Of a DNA stretch of 64,000 nt, positions 25,401-38,036 are shown in pieces; position 1 is the first letter of the stretch; each line of letters begins with the position of its first letter. The translations under genes and the position numbers were made by a program. This DNA is from Marsupella aquatica. Taxonomy: Eukaryota; Plantae; Marchantiophyta. Location: NCBI GenBank assembly GCA_973895155.1, contig OZ316895.1:16596170-16660169 (forward strand). Reading direction: 5' to 3'. Under the pieces are notes generated by a model that saw only the letters and a list, made by a program, of their open reading frames with translations, had not been told where the DNA came from and did no database searches.

Positions 25401-28400
25401 GGTGACAGGATGTACTTGTGACTAATGGTTTTTCTTCTTGAGTCATCTTCCAGTAATGGCTGTATTACTTGCTGCAAATGGAGCTAGATTATCCAGCTGA
25501 GACAAAGTAGATGCCTGTCACAGATGATGGAGAGCCTTGACACATTCAAGTGCAGTATTTGCTTGAACGTTTGGCATGATGTAATTTCTGTCACACCATG
25601 TCTCCACAGTTTCTGGTATGAGCTTTACTACTGAGCAGATAGATCCGATGGCACTAAGCGACGGTTATTGTATTACTCCTTTATAATATATGCATGAAAT
25701 GAGCTAAGTCATCCAAGGCTGGAATTTGTGAATAAATTTTCAAGCATCTTCATTTTTTTTGGATGGTACCTAGCTGTTTTTCGTGGTTCCAACTGGTACA
25801 CATCAGAGCATAATTTGAGTATGTCACAATCTTTCACCGGTTGCTAGCTCGTCTGTTATTTCATATGTGACTGTTAGTCAATCCCATAAACTAGGACTAA
25901 GTTTTTTGTGGTTGAACAGCAATGCCTGCTTCTCCGATTGGTACCGGAAGTCTTGCAGAGACAGGAACGAGTGTAAATGTCCACAGTGCAGAGGCAGTGT
26001 TGCTTCAGTTAGCAGGAACCACACTCTGCGTAGTCTTGTTGAGGTGAAATTTCTTTGACTCGAAAGTCAAGGTCGTAGAGGAACCAACTGATGGGTGTTT
26101 GCATCCAGCTTTGTAGAACACTAAAACTAAAGTCACTACTAAATGCACTAGAGTACCAATAGACTTTTGTCGCTCAAACGTCCTTGTGCGAGTTGATTTA
26201 ATGTATGTGAAGCCACCTGTCAAGCAGGCACTGGATTTTAATTGCAGTGATCCCAGATAGCTCCCGCATGGCAATTAGGAATTCTTTACCGGGACGCCAT
26301 GTTAATATTCAATAAATCCCTTGCTCGTCTGTCTTGGCAGGACCTTCTGAGACAGGACCCTTCGCTTGGCAGGTCTCCGGAGGACATCATAGAACTGGAA
26401 AAAAAATCACTTTTCAAAGTGGGCACAGAATCACAGGTGGGTGATTCTAGTAAGAGCCTAGAGATGTATATTGGCCAGCGGTCATTGTCTGGAGGCCTAG
26501 CTTGAGCTGCGTCTGATCCTGATTTTATGTACCGATGGGATCGTTAAATGTTGCCACATATTCCTTTTGTATTTTCCTGAATGACCTGGCGAGGCTGCTA
26601 AGATCCGTAATGTTTCTCCTGTGCTCGTTCTAGGCAATTCTTCTACGGTTTGTGGCTCTCTAGTGTCTCATTGATCATAATTAATGTTCCCCTGAATTGG
26701 AATGCAGTTTCAATTTGGTAGAAATCGCTCCAATTGGCTGCTAGATGAAAGAGATGAACCAGATTCCCTTGATGCCAACTGGGTTGGTGATGACATGCAA
26801 AACTCTGCAACACTTTCCTCAGACGAAGAAGATGAAGAGGATGAGGTCGAAGAATATGGATGTGTGCAATGCGCACCATTAATAGGTACAACACATACCC
26901 ACATCATGTCTCCAAACGTGCTTTCTATCACTAAAGCGGTCTTGGCCTAAATTTTGTAGGTATCAATCTGGTCAGTGTAGCAGGATGGTGTGAGTGCCAT
27001 ACGTACTTGAGCAAGTATCTGGCGCAAAGCACTTGCAAATTAATTTTAGGCAAACTGAAATTTTTACTTACGTTGAAGGAATTGAAATTCTTGGCATCAA
27101 GACGCTGATGAATTCCTCATTTTATCAGCGTCTTGTTCATCAGTTTGCTGCGGTTGAGGCTCATGACTTATTTCTCCCCTCAACAGGTTTATTCCAGTGT
27201 CCTCCTGGGCAGGACCACCTTGTTTGCGTCTCCTGTGGGCGTACGTATCCAGAAAGAAATGATCCTCAAAATGTTGCCCAAAAATGTAAGTCCACCCGCA
27301 CTCAGGATATGCTTATGGATGGCAGAACGTACTTCAACGAGAAGGATTTCTAACATATTTGTCATTTCAGAGTAGCCATGGTCTCTAGGCTGGTATCTAT
27401 TTCGATCAAGAGAAAACACATTCAATACGTATGGCATATCCTTCTCCAGTCAGAGCGACGTTTTAAAGCTGTGAATTTTACTGATGGCACAGGTCAGGTG
27501 TGCTCTAAAGAATACTGCAGAACGTACTTTGAATCTCAAGGCTTGGTGGATTTTCAAAGCTGCCCTAAAATACTACCGGTTTGCTCCTCAATTTTTCTTC
27601 TTACAAGGCCCTCCTGTCTATCAGCAATTTTTACTTCCACGGGATATTTGGTTGTATAGATGTAACCAGACCTAACTGACCATTTTGTGAGGTTTAGAGT
27701 GATGGTGCAAAGCAAGCGGTCGTCTTACTGTATGTATGGACAGAAAACCTTTTAGTGCAATATGTTGGCAAGTTTGTGATAAATGACTGCCTTTCATGCC
27801 ATCTTACAGTTGAACCAACGTGTAGTATTCGACATGCCAAATAAGACGCACCACGGCAATAATTATGAGCAGGAGGTGAGGTTACTTGTTCCTTTTTGCA
27901 TATCTTTATGCATTGACAAGTCGTTATGCATGCTGAACCATGAAATGTGGGTGTAGTGTTGGAGTGTTTCTTTCACGAGAATTTTGAGAAGTACTCTAAA
28001 TTGCAAGATATTTATAACAGGTGACAAGGCGTTACATAGCTGAACAAGGCCTTTCAGTGCAAGCCGTCTTGAGGGATTGGCTCGGAAGATTAGATTCTGG
28101 TGAAGCAGGTAAGGGTTTTCCTTCACAGCATTCCTAGATCAGTCTGGCGGGATTTGAGTGAACAAACGTTGGGATAAGGTGGGATTCAACTTGAATGAGC
28201 CAAAATATATAGGTTCTTCGCGAGGTCGCGCGTTTGCAGTTCAAATTCTCTACTAACTGAGAAAGCAGTGTCTGCAACTGAGAGTCATAGAGGGCCTTCT
28301 TCCTACCTGCTTTGCAAAATATTCCCAAGTCAGTGGAGTTTTCTTGCTACAAAAACGACAGTTCGCCTGTGCGTCTTGCTTAGAGCTTTCCCAAGACAAG

Positions 28401-29457
28401 GGGGTTCTGCAGGTTCTGCAAGAATCCAATTTACCTCTCAGTTTCTATCTCAGGTAGGGGTTTGAGTCGTCATACCTTGACTAGGACATATGGTCAAAAG
28501 ATAATTATCTCACTACCCTAAATAAAATTATTGCGTTTCCTCTCAGTGGAAAAGAAACAAGTTAGGGCGAGTGGAATGGCCTGCATTCTGAGAGAGTAGT
28601 CAGGCTTTTTGGTTTTACAAGGTAGTCTGGGTGAGTCGGAATGATCGGAACGTATATCTAGATAACTCTTTCCTACGGCTTCTAACCGTGGCCATTTTGC
28701 AGATCAACCACCGTTTTACTTCTTATATCAAACGAGGGTGAACTCCGTCTCGGCAGTTTGCGAGTATGGTTCTTTTACCAATGTCAATTTAAAAAGCTCA
28801 ATTTTTTACTCGCTTCTAGAAATTTGAAGCCATTCTTAGTAATGTTCCTCATTCTAATCAACAGCCGGTGTTTTTATTGCAGTTTTTGTGCAGATGAAGT
28901 TTTTTCACATCTTCTGGACAAGTTCCGTACCTTTGTGCCCAGAACTGTAAGATCTCACACCCCACTAGCAGCAAATTATTCTTTTGCGTTTGTTAGGCCA
29001 GGACTTTCAAACAAGGACTTCCTGGTGCCTAGGAAAGCGATAAGAACTTAATTAAACAACGCTATTAAACAGGTTTTAAATCCAGTTATGACTGCGTATT
29101 ATACAATACGTGTTAGTTTCAAGTATTTTTGCCTCAGCTCATTAGGTTACTATGCGTTTGGCCATTGTTTATTTAACCAATGACAGTATTTGGCTTCACC
29201 TAAACCCTAAACCCTTCCGAGGTCAACGATTTTGAAGCACAAAAACTGATGTGTGGGCTTGCGTATTTTACAATTGCTGCCAATAACTTGGGTGGCATGT
29301 GCAGGAGCTCCCTCCAGATGCAGCTGGTAGACCAGACTGCTGGTATGGCTATGAATGTCGCACACAACATCACAAGGACGCTCATGCTCGCAAGCTTAAC
29401 CATGTTTGTGAACCAAGCAGACCGTCTAACCGAAGGAGCACTGCAGTACACATGTGA
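22451..29457 (+). CDS. CHFR: CHFR-type E3 ubiquitin ligase (FHA, C3HC4 RING, Cys-rich, PBZ), 16 exons, ~560 aa
   Basis: GT-AG exons with consistent phases: 22451-22619, 23136-23304, 23908-24005, 24821-24888, 25266-25337, 25524-25615, 25920-26043, 26341-26436, 26708-26885, 27187-27285, 27493-27578, 27810-27875, 28021-28108, 28703-28763, 28883-28946, 29305-29457 (1683 nt). FHA: WARL..VGR..VSKIHC..SVNGT. RING: CSICLNVWHDVISVTPCLHSFCNACFSDW..CPQCR. PBZ: RPDCWYGYECRTQHHKDAHARKLNHVCEP. Alternative start ATG at 22469. Confidence 0.9.
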
Positions 29458-32400
29458 ACTTAAAAGCTCACATCTTGGTCCGTCGTGAATTTTTGTTACT
29501 GAGTTCTGGTTATTAGGATCAGGTCTGGTCAAATGGATTGCGGTATTCTCGATGAAGTACTATTTGTGCGAGATGAGAAGCTGTGTCTTTGACAGCGATG
29601 GGATGTATTTTCTAGGTATTTGTCCAAAGAATGAATCACTTTTAAAAAAATTGTTTCAAAACCCCTTCTAGGTAGTGGGGAATTTTGGATACTGGAAAGA
29701 AATCTAGCTTAGTGCAGCTACATATGTGTCGTCTGATGATGCACCTTGGACACTTGGCATATAGCAACTACTTTAACTGAGGCTGTCTTCCTGTGAGCGC
29801 TCTTTATGCTGAGAGAGGACCTACATTTGTTTATGTTGCCTTAATGTACTTGCCAAGTGTGACCGCGCGCCAGACTTTCCATTGGATGGCTTTCCCAAGT
29901 TGGTCCTCTTTTATAAATACGGTATGATTCTGGTCTTGAGACAAACCAAGGTGGCGAGTTAGGGTCACTTGAATAGTTCACTTTTAGAAGTATGGGCTAT
30001 GCTTGTTGCCCTCTGTCGTGGTTGTTTTGAGGTGCTGGATGGTGCTGTACCACAATCTTAGCCATGGAAAGAACTAGACAAGACTTTCCCCTTCATTGCA
30101 ACTTCTAAAGCTTTTTGCTCACACATCTTGGCACAAACAAGGGCTCAACAGTGTACCATAGTATTGGACATTGCAACATTGTGTCACTCTGCAGAACTAT
30201 TGTGGTGTTAGAACTACACTCAACAAACATTTAAATGATCATCTTGGCTGCGGGTGATCGTCGGCCTTGCGAGGGCACTGATGCGTCCTCCTGTACCGTC
30301 AGGTAACATTGCAGGCACTCTCATGGCCCCTTGCTGCTAACCCAAGCAGAGCACCGATGCACGCTGCCAACAGGTAGCACTGATGTGCGCAGGCTGGGCA
30401 CGGCTTGGGTTTGTGCAGGTGCCCAACGGGGTTCTGGGTAGGGCCGCCCACTCGCAAGTTGGCTTAAAGATCAGGCGGCTAGCTCCTTCCTACAACACCC
30501 CGCCCCCCCCCCCCATTTCCTGAGTTCTGTCGGGGACCTCCTTGGGGGTTGTGTTATGTTGCAAATTGGCCTAATTTCTCATGTTATGGGGGCTTCACAG
30601 GCTTTTTGGCTCTCTGGTCTTGACTCTCTGGTCTTCCAGGTTTTTTTTTTTTCTCATGTTTACTCCCCTTGATTGGGTCTCTTGCCTTTGGGATTGTGTC
30701 CATGGTTGGGCGTCTTTTGTTTTTGGTGGCCTGGTATATATATCCAGGCCCACTAAAAGAAGGAAGACAAGGCCTGCTGCACAGAAGGGTGGTCTCCCTT
30801 GCTCTTACTATTTCTGGGAGGGGCTCATTCTATATTATTGCCCTTTCCTAGGCAGTAAAGTACTGTAATGTTGGGGGATACTGCTCCAAGCAACTGCCTG
30901 GTCGAAGTTTTGTGAAGGTAGACTGTTGTGCTTGGACCAAACTTAATTGCTGTGAAAATGTGCAGGTTCATTCAGATTTTGAGGGCTATTTCCGCATTTT
31001 AGGGCTGACAATTGCAATATACACATGGGTACCCACATCTGTGCCCATGAAGTGATGACTTTTTGTTTGTATGCTTGTCAGGGCGTGTAGTCATCTGCTC
31101 ATTGCTGCATTGGCTGTCTCGTGGTCAAATTGTGCACCTTTTGTCCATTTGGGTCCTAAGCCAAACTCATTGGATGCAATAATGTTTAGGTGGTTAGTGG
31201 GTCATTTCTTCCTTACAACTTATTCTCCAGTCTCACTGTTGATGGTGATCCACTAAAATGAGTCATAGTGAATCCAGCAAGCAAACTTCGTACTGGTCTC
31301 ATACTTGTAGGGAGGGGAACAGTCTTCCGAGGTGCAATACCGGCACAGTGATAGCAGTGATTAGAGCAAGTGAATTCTACCCACGGATTGAAGATTTAAT
31401 TTCTGGCCTTTTTAGAACCCCAGCACAAAATCCATGAAATAGCAGGAAATGATCTTTCAAACCCAGCCAACTGAACCCCTTAAAAAATGTGAGCTAGCCG
31501 GAGCACATGACTCAAAACCTTTGCTAAACCCAACTCAGAAAGGACCCAATTTGCATTCAAAACAGAAAAGAAGGAACAGAAGGCTGAGAAAGCCAACAAA
31601 CCCTAAGCGTCCAATAAGTGGCCATAGTAGTAAAGTGAACACAGCCGGGAAAGCAAAAGTTATTTAGTTCAGCGCTCCACACCACACCCCTTGTGGGATA
31701 TTGGAATCATATGTTGTCTATGGGTGCACTTTTTATCCTACTTTGATATGTTGGGGTAGCCCCCTCTTGGCATTTTGCTGCTGCACAACGCCATTAGAAT
31801 GCCTTGGATTCCTTTTGCTGGGCTGCTTCAGTAGCTCTTGCTTCCAGCTTTACTTTCTTTTCTCAGCCTTAGTGTATTATAATTAGTTATCTGTTAGTAT
31901 TGGGTACTTATGTTTGGATTATTGTAGGCCGTCATTGCTCCTTCTGACGCTCCTTCACCGCCCATATATATTGTGGCTTTCATCCCGCTCCCATTGTTTT
32001 GGCTCCTCCTTGTCAGCGTTTTCTCTGTATATGTATTATCCACCATTTTGCTCTGTTTTGGGAGATGGTTCTCCTCTGGATGTATTTGAAGATTTCCTCT
32101 CTTTACTTCCACACACATTATATTTTTGGTCTGTCAACTAAAAGCAAAATGTTTGAAAAAGCAACTAGCCTTGATTGCTTGATACTGCAGTCTGACATAA
32201 TCTCGAAAGCAGATCTGCCTAACATCATCTAAGGCACTATGCCCTCTATATCTAGCACATTGTAAAAAACAAAAACCACTAAACTTGGAGAAAGGAATCC
32301 AGAGGCAAGAGACCCAATGAAAAGGAGCACACAAGCGAAAACCCCACCAAAACCCAACAGCCGAAAAGTCCAGGAGTCCCCCATTATGGCAAAGGAACTG

Positions 32401-34379
32401 AAGCCGTGTTGAGTAGTAAACTACTAGGCCTAGTAAAGCTTCTTAGTCAACCACATAGGAAGGTCACAAAGATAATTTTTTCTGGATGCCCTAAAACCAA
32501 ACTCTGGGGTCTCACTATGTGGAGCCACATAACCTACAAACACTTTTTTGTCTAGAACATTCTAAAACATAAGAAGAAAAAGTTAACTATCTTTTCACCC
32601 CCCCCCCCCCCCCCCCAACCCCCCTTTTAAGAAATTCCAAAATTTGATCTAAAACATCATTTCTTGCAATGCTTAAAATTGGATTAAAGAATGTTAATAT
32701 TGTTCTAGATCTTTTTTCTGTAGAACTAATAAAATGACCTTATGCTTTACAACAAGTGATATATCATTTTTCATTACTTTCATGAAAATGATACCCACGA
32801 GAAACCAACAACCGTATGCCTTCTCCCTTCTCTAAAAGAAGAAAAAAGAGAAATGGGCCCTCTCCCATCTCTAAAAGAACAAGGGAAAGAGAGAAAGGGA
32901 AGAGGGGCATGCAGGTGTTGGTTGGGATAACACGAGACTAGGAAATAAAATTTGTAAATTCAGAAATCAATAATTGTTGCCTCCCATCAGTCACATGTTC
33001 TGTATGCGTTTCTAGAAAGGGAACGAATTGTAGGAAATTCATACAATGGTTGCTTTTTGGCACTATAATATTCATTCTGGTTGTACAAAGCAGGACTTTC
33101 CCTTTTAGTACGTTCATCGTTGGGACAATTTACAATAAGTTTCTACACGGATGGCACATGGACTTGTACTTGCCAAAAGTAGAGATTTCTTAAAATGACA
33201 AGTATTTTTTTTCTCTTTTTTGCATATGTACCTCACAAAACCGGACATATTCTAGACCAGATGTCCATGCACAGTTCCTAAATAACAAACGTGTCAATAG
33301 TTCTGGACCAGAAACAACTCCTAAAACACTAAACGTGTGGACTCTTTAAGAGTACCTAAATGTAGTCTTTCTCGCCCTTCATTTTTTTTTTTTAAAGTGA
33401 CCAGTTTTTCTTGAGGTATTACACACTTGTTAATAGCTTGAAATAGCAAGGTGTGGAAATGAAAATTATAATCTTTGGACTCAACTTACTTTATTGATTC
33501 GTTTGCCTTATATTGAGGTAAATTATTATTTCTCTATCTCTTTTTGTTTTAAATACTTGTTTTTATTGACAAGTGAAAGGCAATAAGAGACACCAGCCAG
33601 GAGCCAACCCACGACGCATGCTGTCCCGCATCGAAGTATATAAAACACTGTCAAAGTAGAAAAGGGTCCCCTAGAGGGAGACAGGATCCCAAAGATCAAC
33701 TAAAAAAAAACCAATAAGGGGGACAAATTAATGTAATAAAAGAGTACCAAACATTTCCAACACCTGACTGAACCCCCTCCTTTCGTTTTACCTTTGTACT
33801 TTCAGGGTAGGTCCCCAACAATAACCCGCTCACCAGCCTGGCCTAGGGGTTCCAAGTTTCATAAACTTCAGTGAGGCTCACAATTTCAAAAGTTTATTTG
33901 CAAAAAAGTGTGGAGGGTTACATTGCTAACCCATGGTCTGCTTGGAGGCCATGGCTGTAACCCCTATGGGATCACCTTCATTGGGGTTACAGCCATGGGT
34001 TACCATACACCAAACACCAGAGGGACTAACAAGCTTCCTCCCACTCAAGTAAAAACACTGTTTATGGCAATTGGTGTTACTCACACTCTAATTCTGGTGA
34101 AGCAGGTTTCTGGCTACACATGAATCAGTGTCATGTAAAAGTAATTTACATGCATTAAGACAATTGTTTGTCACCCAATGGGAAGCAGTGGGTACCCCAG
34201 GGCTGAGTGTGTGAAAATCTTTGGCCCTATCATGCACAAGTTATTGTTTATAAGCCATATTCCCCCTCTTATTGTTAGTAACACTAATTGTGGACTGTCT
34301 CATACTAATTAGATGCCAACATTAATCGTCGTGATCAAAGGAGTGCAGTCCACTTCTCTTGCTCCTCAGAGAATATTAC

Positions 34380-34468
34380 AAACCAATGATTTGAGAAAAT
34401 AGATATGAATAACAAACCAATGATTTGAGAAAATAGATATGAATAACAAACCAATGATTTGAGAAAAT
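34380..34468. repeat. Tandem repeat, 34-bp unit, ~2.6 copies
   Basis: AAACCAATGATTTGAGAAAATAGATATGAATAAC repeated head to tail. Confidence 0.85.
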
Positions 34469-34672
34469 CATTCTATTTATTGGTTTGAGTCCAAATACAA
34501 ATATCAATCAGAAAACCTCTTTGGCCTTACCAAGTTTGCACCTGAGTCAAATCAAATGCATTGCTGTCAGGATAATTTACATTGCATATGCAACACCTTT
34601 GAATATATGTAATCATGATGGAAAACCTTAATAAAATTACAATTGTAACCAGACTTGGCAGCCATTGAGTTA

Positions 34673-35027
34673 TAGTGTTCACCGTAATTAGTGTTAGTAC
34701 TAAATTAGTAACACCAATTTTGGTAAAAATGATTTTGAGTCCAAGTAACACTAATTTTTGTCGGTTTTCAAAACATATTTTTTCACTTTAGTTTAAATTG
34801 CTTGTAAAAAATGGATGCTCTTTAGTCCAAAGTAACACTAATTGTTGTGGATTTTCTCTTTATTTTTCCACTCTTAAGACCACAGTAACACCCGCAGTAA
34901 CACTAATTCATGTGCGCAAAAATAGTGTTAGCACAAAATTAGTGTGACTAACACTAATTCACGAGTAGACCCTGGAAATGAAGCGCTCTCAAATTAGTGT
35001 TAGTCAAACTAATCACAGTGAACAATG
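34673..35027. mobile_element. Putative Tc1/mariner-type MITE with internal AACACTAATT repeats
   Basis: Imperfect TIRs TAGTGTTCACCGTAATTAGT and ACTAATCACAGTGAACAATG, flanked by TA on both sides. Many AACACTAATT/AATTAGTGTT copies occur in both orientations. Confidence 0.55.
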
Positions 35028-36757
35028 TAGTTGACTTGGCAGCCATTGAGTTAGCTGAGACTCCTTAGGCACTTAATTGCAGCTGACTCACCCAGATTTT
35101 GAGTTTGGGTTTGTGATTAACGACAACTCTACCCCTTGTCAGCAATAGGTACGGAACAAACAACACTTTAAGGCCATCAATTGGATCTGGTGGATAGCCC
35201 TTCCATTCTTATCTTAACTTCCACGCATTGAGTGGTGGACCTTGCCACCCAACGCCCTCGCCAATCCCAGCACCCACGCCTAAGTGCCCTTGGTGCCCAA
35301 ACGCCTCCACGGAATAGCTCGAGCAAGCAACCTAGTGCCCCTTGCACCACCAGCGACCCCTCCCATATGAAGTTGCACAGGCTGCTCTCCAACATGACCG
35401 CCACTCGACGGTCCTCACTGTCTGCACAAGCAACCAAGTGTCTCGGTAAGTAACCCTTCAGGATCTAGATCTCCCAAGTCCAACATCCTAACTCAAGCTC
35501 AACAGACATTGGTAAGTAGGTCAGCGATAGGTCCTCTCGATGCCATAAGCTGGAACCAGAACAGACGCCCACTGTTCGTCCAAAACAACTCCTTCCTTGG
35601 GCGTAGCCCGGGTTCCCCCTCATACCTATCCATCACCAACTGACCGCCCTACTCCCAGGACATGCTCATGGCCCAAATAACGTAGCTTGTCCTAAAGCTT
35701 GTCCCAAGCTTGTCAATACATGCCAAGACCAGAATGACCCTGACTTTAGCAACCAACTCCCGGTTCTTGCCCCACTGATGGTCTAGGGGCCAAGTGCCCT
35801 TGGAACTCAACCTCCACGCCTACTTGGCCTTGCCTCCCCAATGCAAGCTCCCTTGAGAGACTAAACGCGACTCGATTGTTGTTTCGGCAGGATTTGGCAA
35901 GCGGGCGAGATAGCACCCGCAAGCCTTGAGAACCTATGGCGCCCCCCACACCTAGCTGAGCTCAGGAGGATGTAGCACTCCTCAAGAGCTTTCCAATGCA
36001 CCCTATAAGTCCCCCAACGGACTTCTCGTTGGGAAGTTATCATCATTTTTGTTTGGCGTTTTCCCTGAGTGTCACGACCACCGCGACTCACGACTTCGGT
36101 TTGCCCTTAGGACAGTATTCCATCAACCCACAAAGCCTCCTTTGAGGGTTTTGCGCAGATCTCCACACTTCTAGGAGAGTATCGTAACCATTCGTCAAGT
36201 GAGGGCAACCCTCCAATACCAAATGAGAGTGGATGGCCCGACAAGCCTTCCACTCTGTTTTGTGGGCCTTCATGGTGACTGGTGCAATCGGGAACCAGGT
36301 CAACATAGCATTTGTGACTGACTACTGTTGGTCCGTAGTGAGTTAGACGACGGGGAACAATTCCCCCATCAACACATCACATCGACCTAAAGCAAGCAAA
36401 TTCATGGCGCTACCGCGATTATTTGGGTTTCTTTACTGAATTTGACGTGCAACTGAATGGAGACTGCAGTGAATACATCCTTGTTGGGGGAAAATTGCTA
36501 TGCACTCACACATTCGAGTCTTCAACCTTGCAAGAATCCTCACATTCGACAGAAGGAATTCATTGGAGGTGGCTGTTGGTAAATGTTTGCTTTCTACTCT
36601 CTGTTGTTGTGGAATGAATGTTGTCAATTCAAGCCTTCATTCTGTCTTTGTACATCGTCATCTTTGTGCTGATTGTTCTCTGGGTTCTTTCAGGGAATTC
36701 TGTGGAAATTTCACTACGCGATCAAGTTCCTTTGCAGATTCTACGTTTTCCGTAATA

Positions 36758-37858
36758 ATGTCAACTCAAGCGACCACTGGAAGTGATGAAAGCGGAGCAG
36801 AAAAGTTCAAACCATGGAGCTAGTGGAGCAAGAGCTCCTAGGAATGACAATTTCAATGGTCGACCTCCTCCACATCGTGCAACTGGTGCAGGAGCAACTG
36901 GGAATCAAAATTTGAATACCAGCAATGATCCGAGCTCCAGTAGGCAATGGAAACTCCATGAATTGTGTCTGTTGATTGCAGTTAAGCGCATGGAACATGA
37001 AGCCTCTTTGAATCATTCATCAAGGAACAGGATAAAGACCGCAGATCAGAACTGGAGGGAAATTCAATCTACCATGGCCAAAGAAGGGGTGTTGAGCCAG
37101 GCAATGCAGATGACGAAACGTTGGGAAAGACTAGTGACCGACTTCAAGAAAGTGTATGATTACCAGAACCACGTAGGGAGCAGACAAGAGAGCTACTATG
37201 AACTGGGGAGTGTCGACAGGAAAGACAAGAAACTCCCGGTGAATTTTGCCCACGAGCTTTTCAGAACTTGGAGTGTTGGATGGGCACACATAGGGCTCTC
37301 AACCCATCACCAAACTAGGTCGTGGACAGTGGAGATGTTCATGAAGACAACACGCAACAGGCTGGGGAATTCATGTCAGACCACACGACACCATTCACAA
37401 ATACAACCACCCTAGGAGACGATGTGGAAGTCAACTCTCCACCATCACATCCAATGGAAGCATCATTGGCAGAAGGTGATGGCCAGCAAAGGATGCCATC
37501 AACTGGAGAACAGAATGGGCAGCACCCAGGGCAGCACCGAAGGACGCCATCAAATGGAGAACATGATGGGCAGCAGCGAACGCCACCATCTGGAAGTCAA
37601 TATACAGGGGTGAAGAAAAGTTGAAGAGATAAACTAGATGACCAATTCAAGATGACAACCACCAGTTTTTTAGATTATCTTGGTAAAGACTCTGAGATGA
37701 GATTGTTTCAAGAAGAAACAAGTCGCAGTTGGGAAAAGGAGAGGCATCACAAAGTTTTAGAGCACCAGTCAAAGACAACTGAGACAATGTTGAATGCTAT
37801 CAAAGGAATTGCAGATTTGATTTGCTTTTTTGCAACAGAAATGGCAAAAAAGAAATAG
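36758..37858 (+). pseudogene. Myb/SANT (trihelix) DNA-binding ORF of a PIF/Harbinger element, frameshifted
   Basis: RQWKLHELCLLIAVKRME..KTADQNWREIQSTMAKEGV..QMTKRWERLVTDFKKVYDYQ..SYYEL..RKDKKLPVNF is a trihelix/Myb_DNA-bind_4 pattern. The C-terminus is coiled-coil-like. Pieces lie in different frames (36758, 36783, 37322, 37652). Confidence 0.8.
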
Positions 37859-37933
37859 TCAGTTGCAAGCAGGGTTGCAAGTCCAATTGCTGTTTCACTG
37901 AACTGAACGTAGATACTTTTCACTTAACTTTCG

Positions 37934-38036
37934 GATTGCAAAACCCCCGATGACAATCAGCTTATTCAACTGAAAGAGCAATAAGGATTGCAAAACCCCC
38001 GACGACAATCAGCCTATTCAACTGAAAGAGCAATAA
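37934..38036. repeat. Tandem duplication, 52-bp unit x2
   Basis: GGATTGCAAAACCCCCGA.GACAATCAGC.TATTCAACTGAAAGAGCAATAA occurs twice, 3' of the Myb ORF. Confidence 0.8.

Noticed and set aside
29199-29216. CCTAAACCCTAAACCCT telomere-like motif (also TTTAGGG at ~11500, ~11547 and ~16633)
   Set aside because: Only 1-2 units each, consistent with ordinary telo-boxes and not interstitial telomere.
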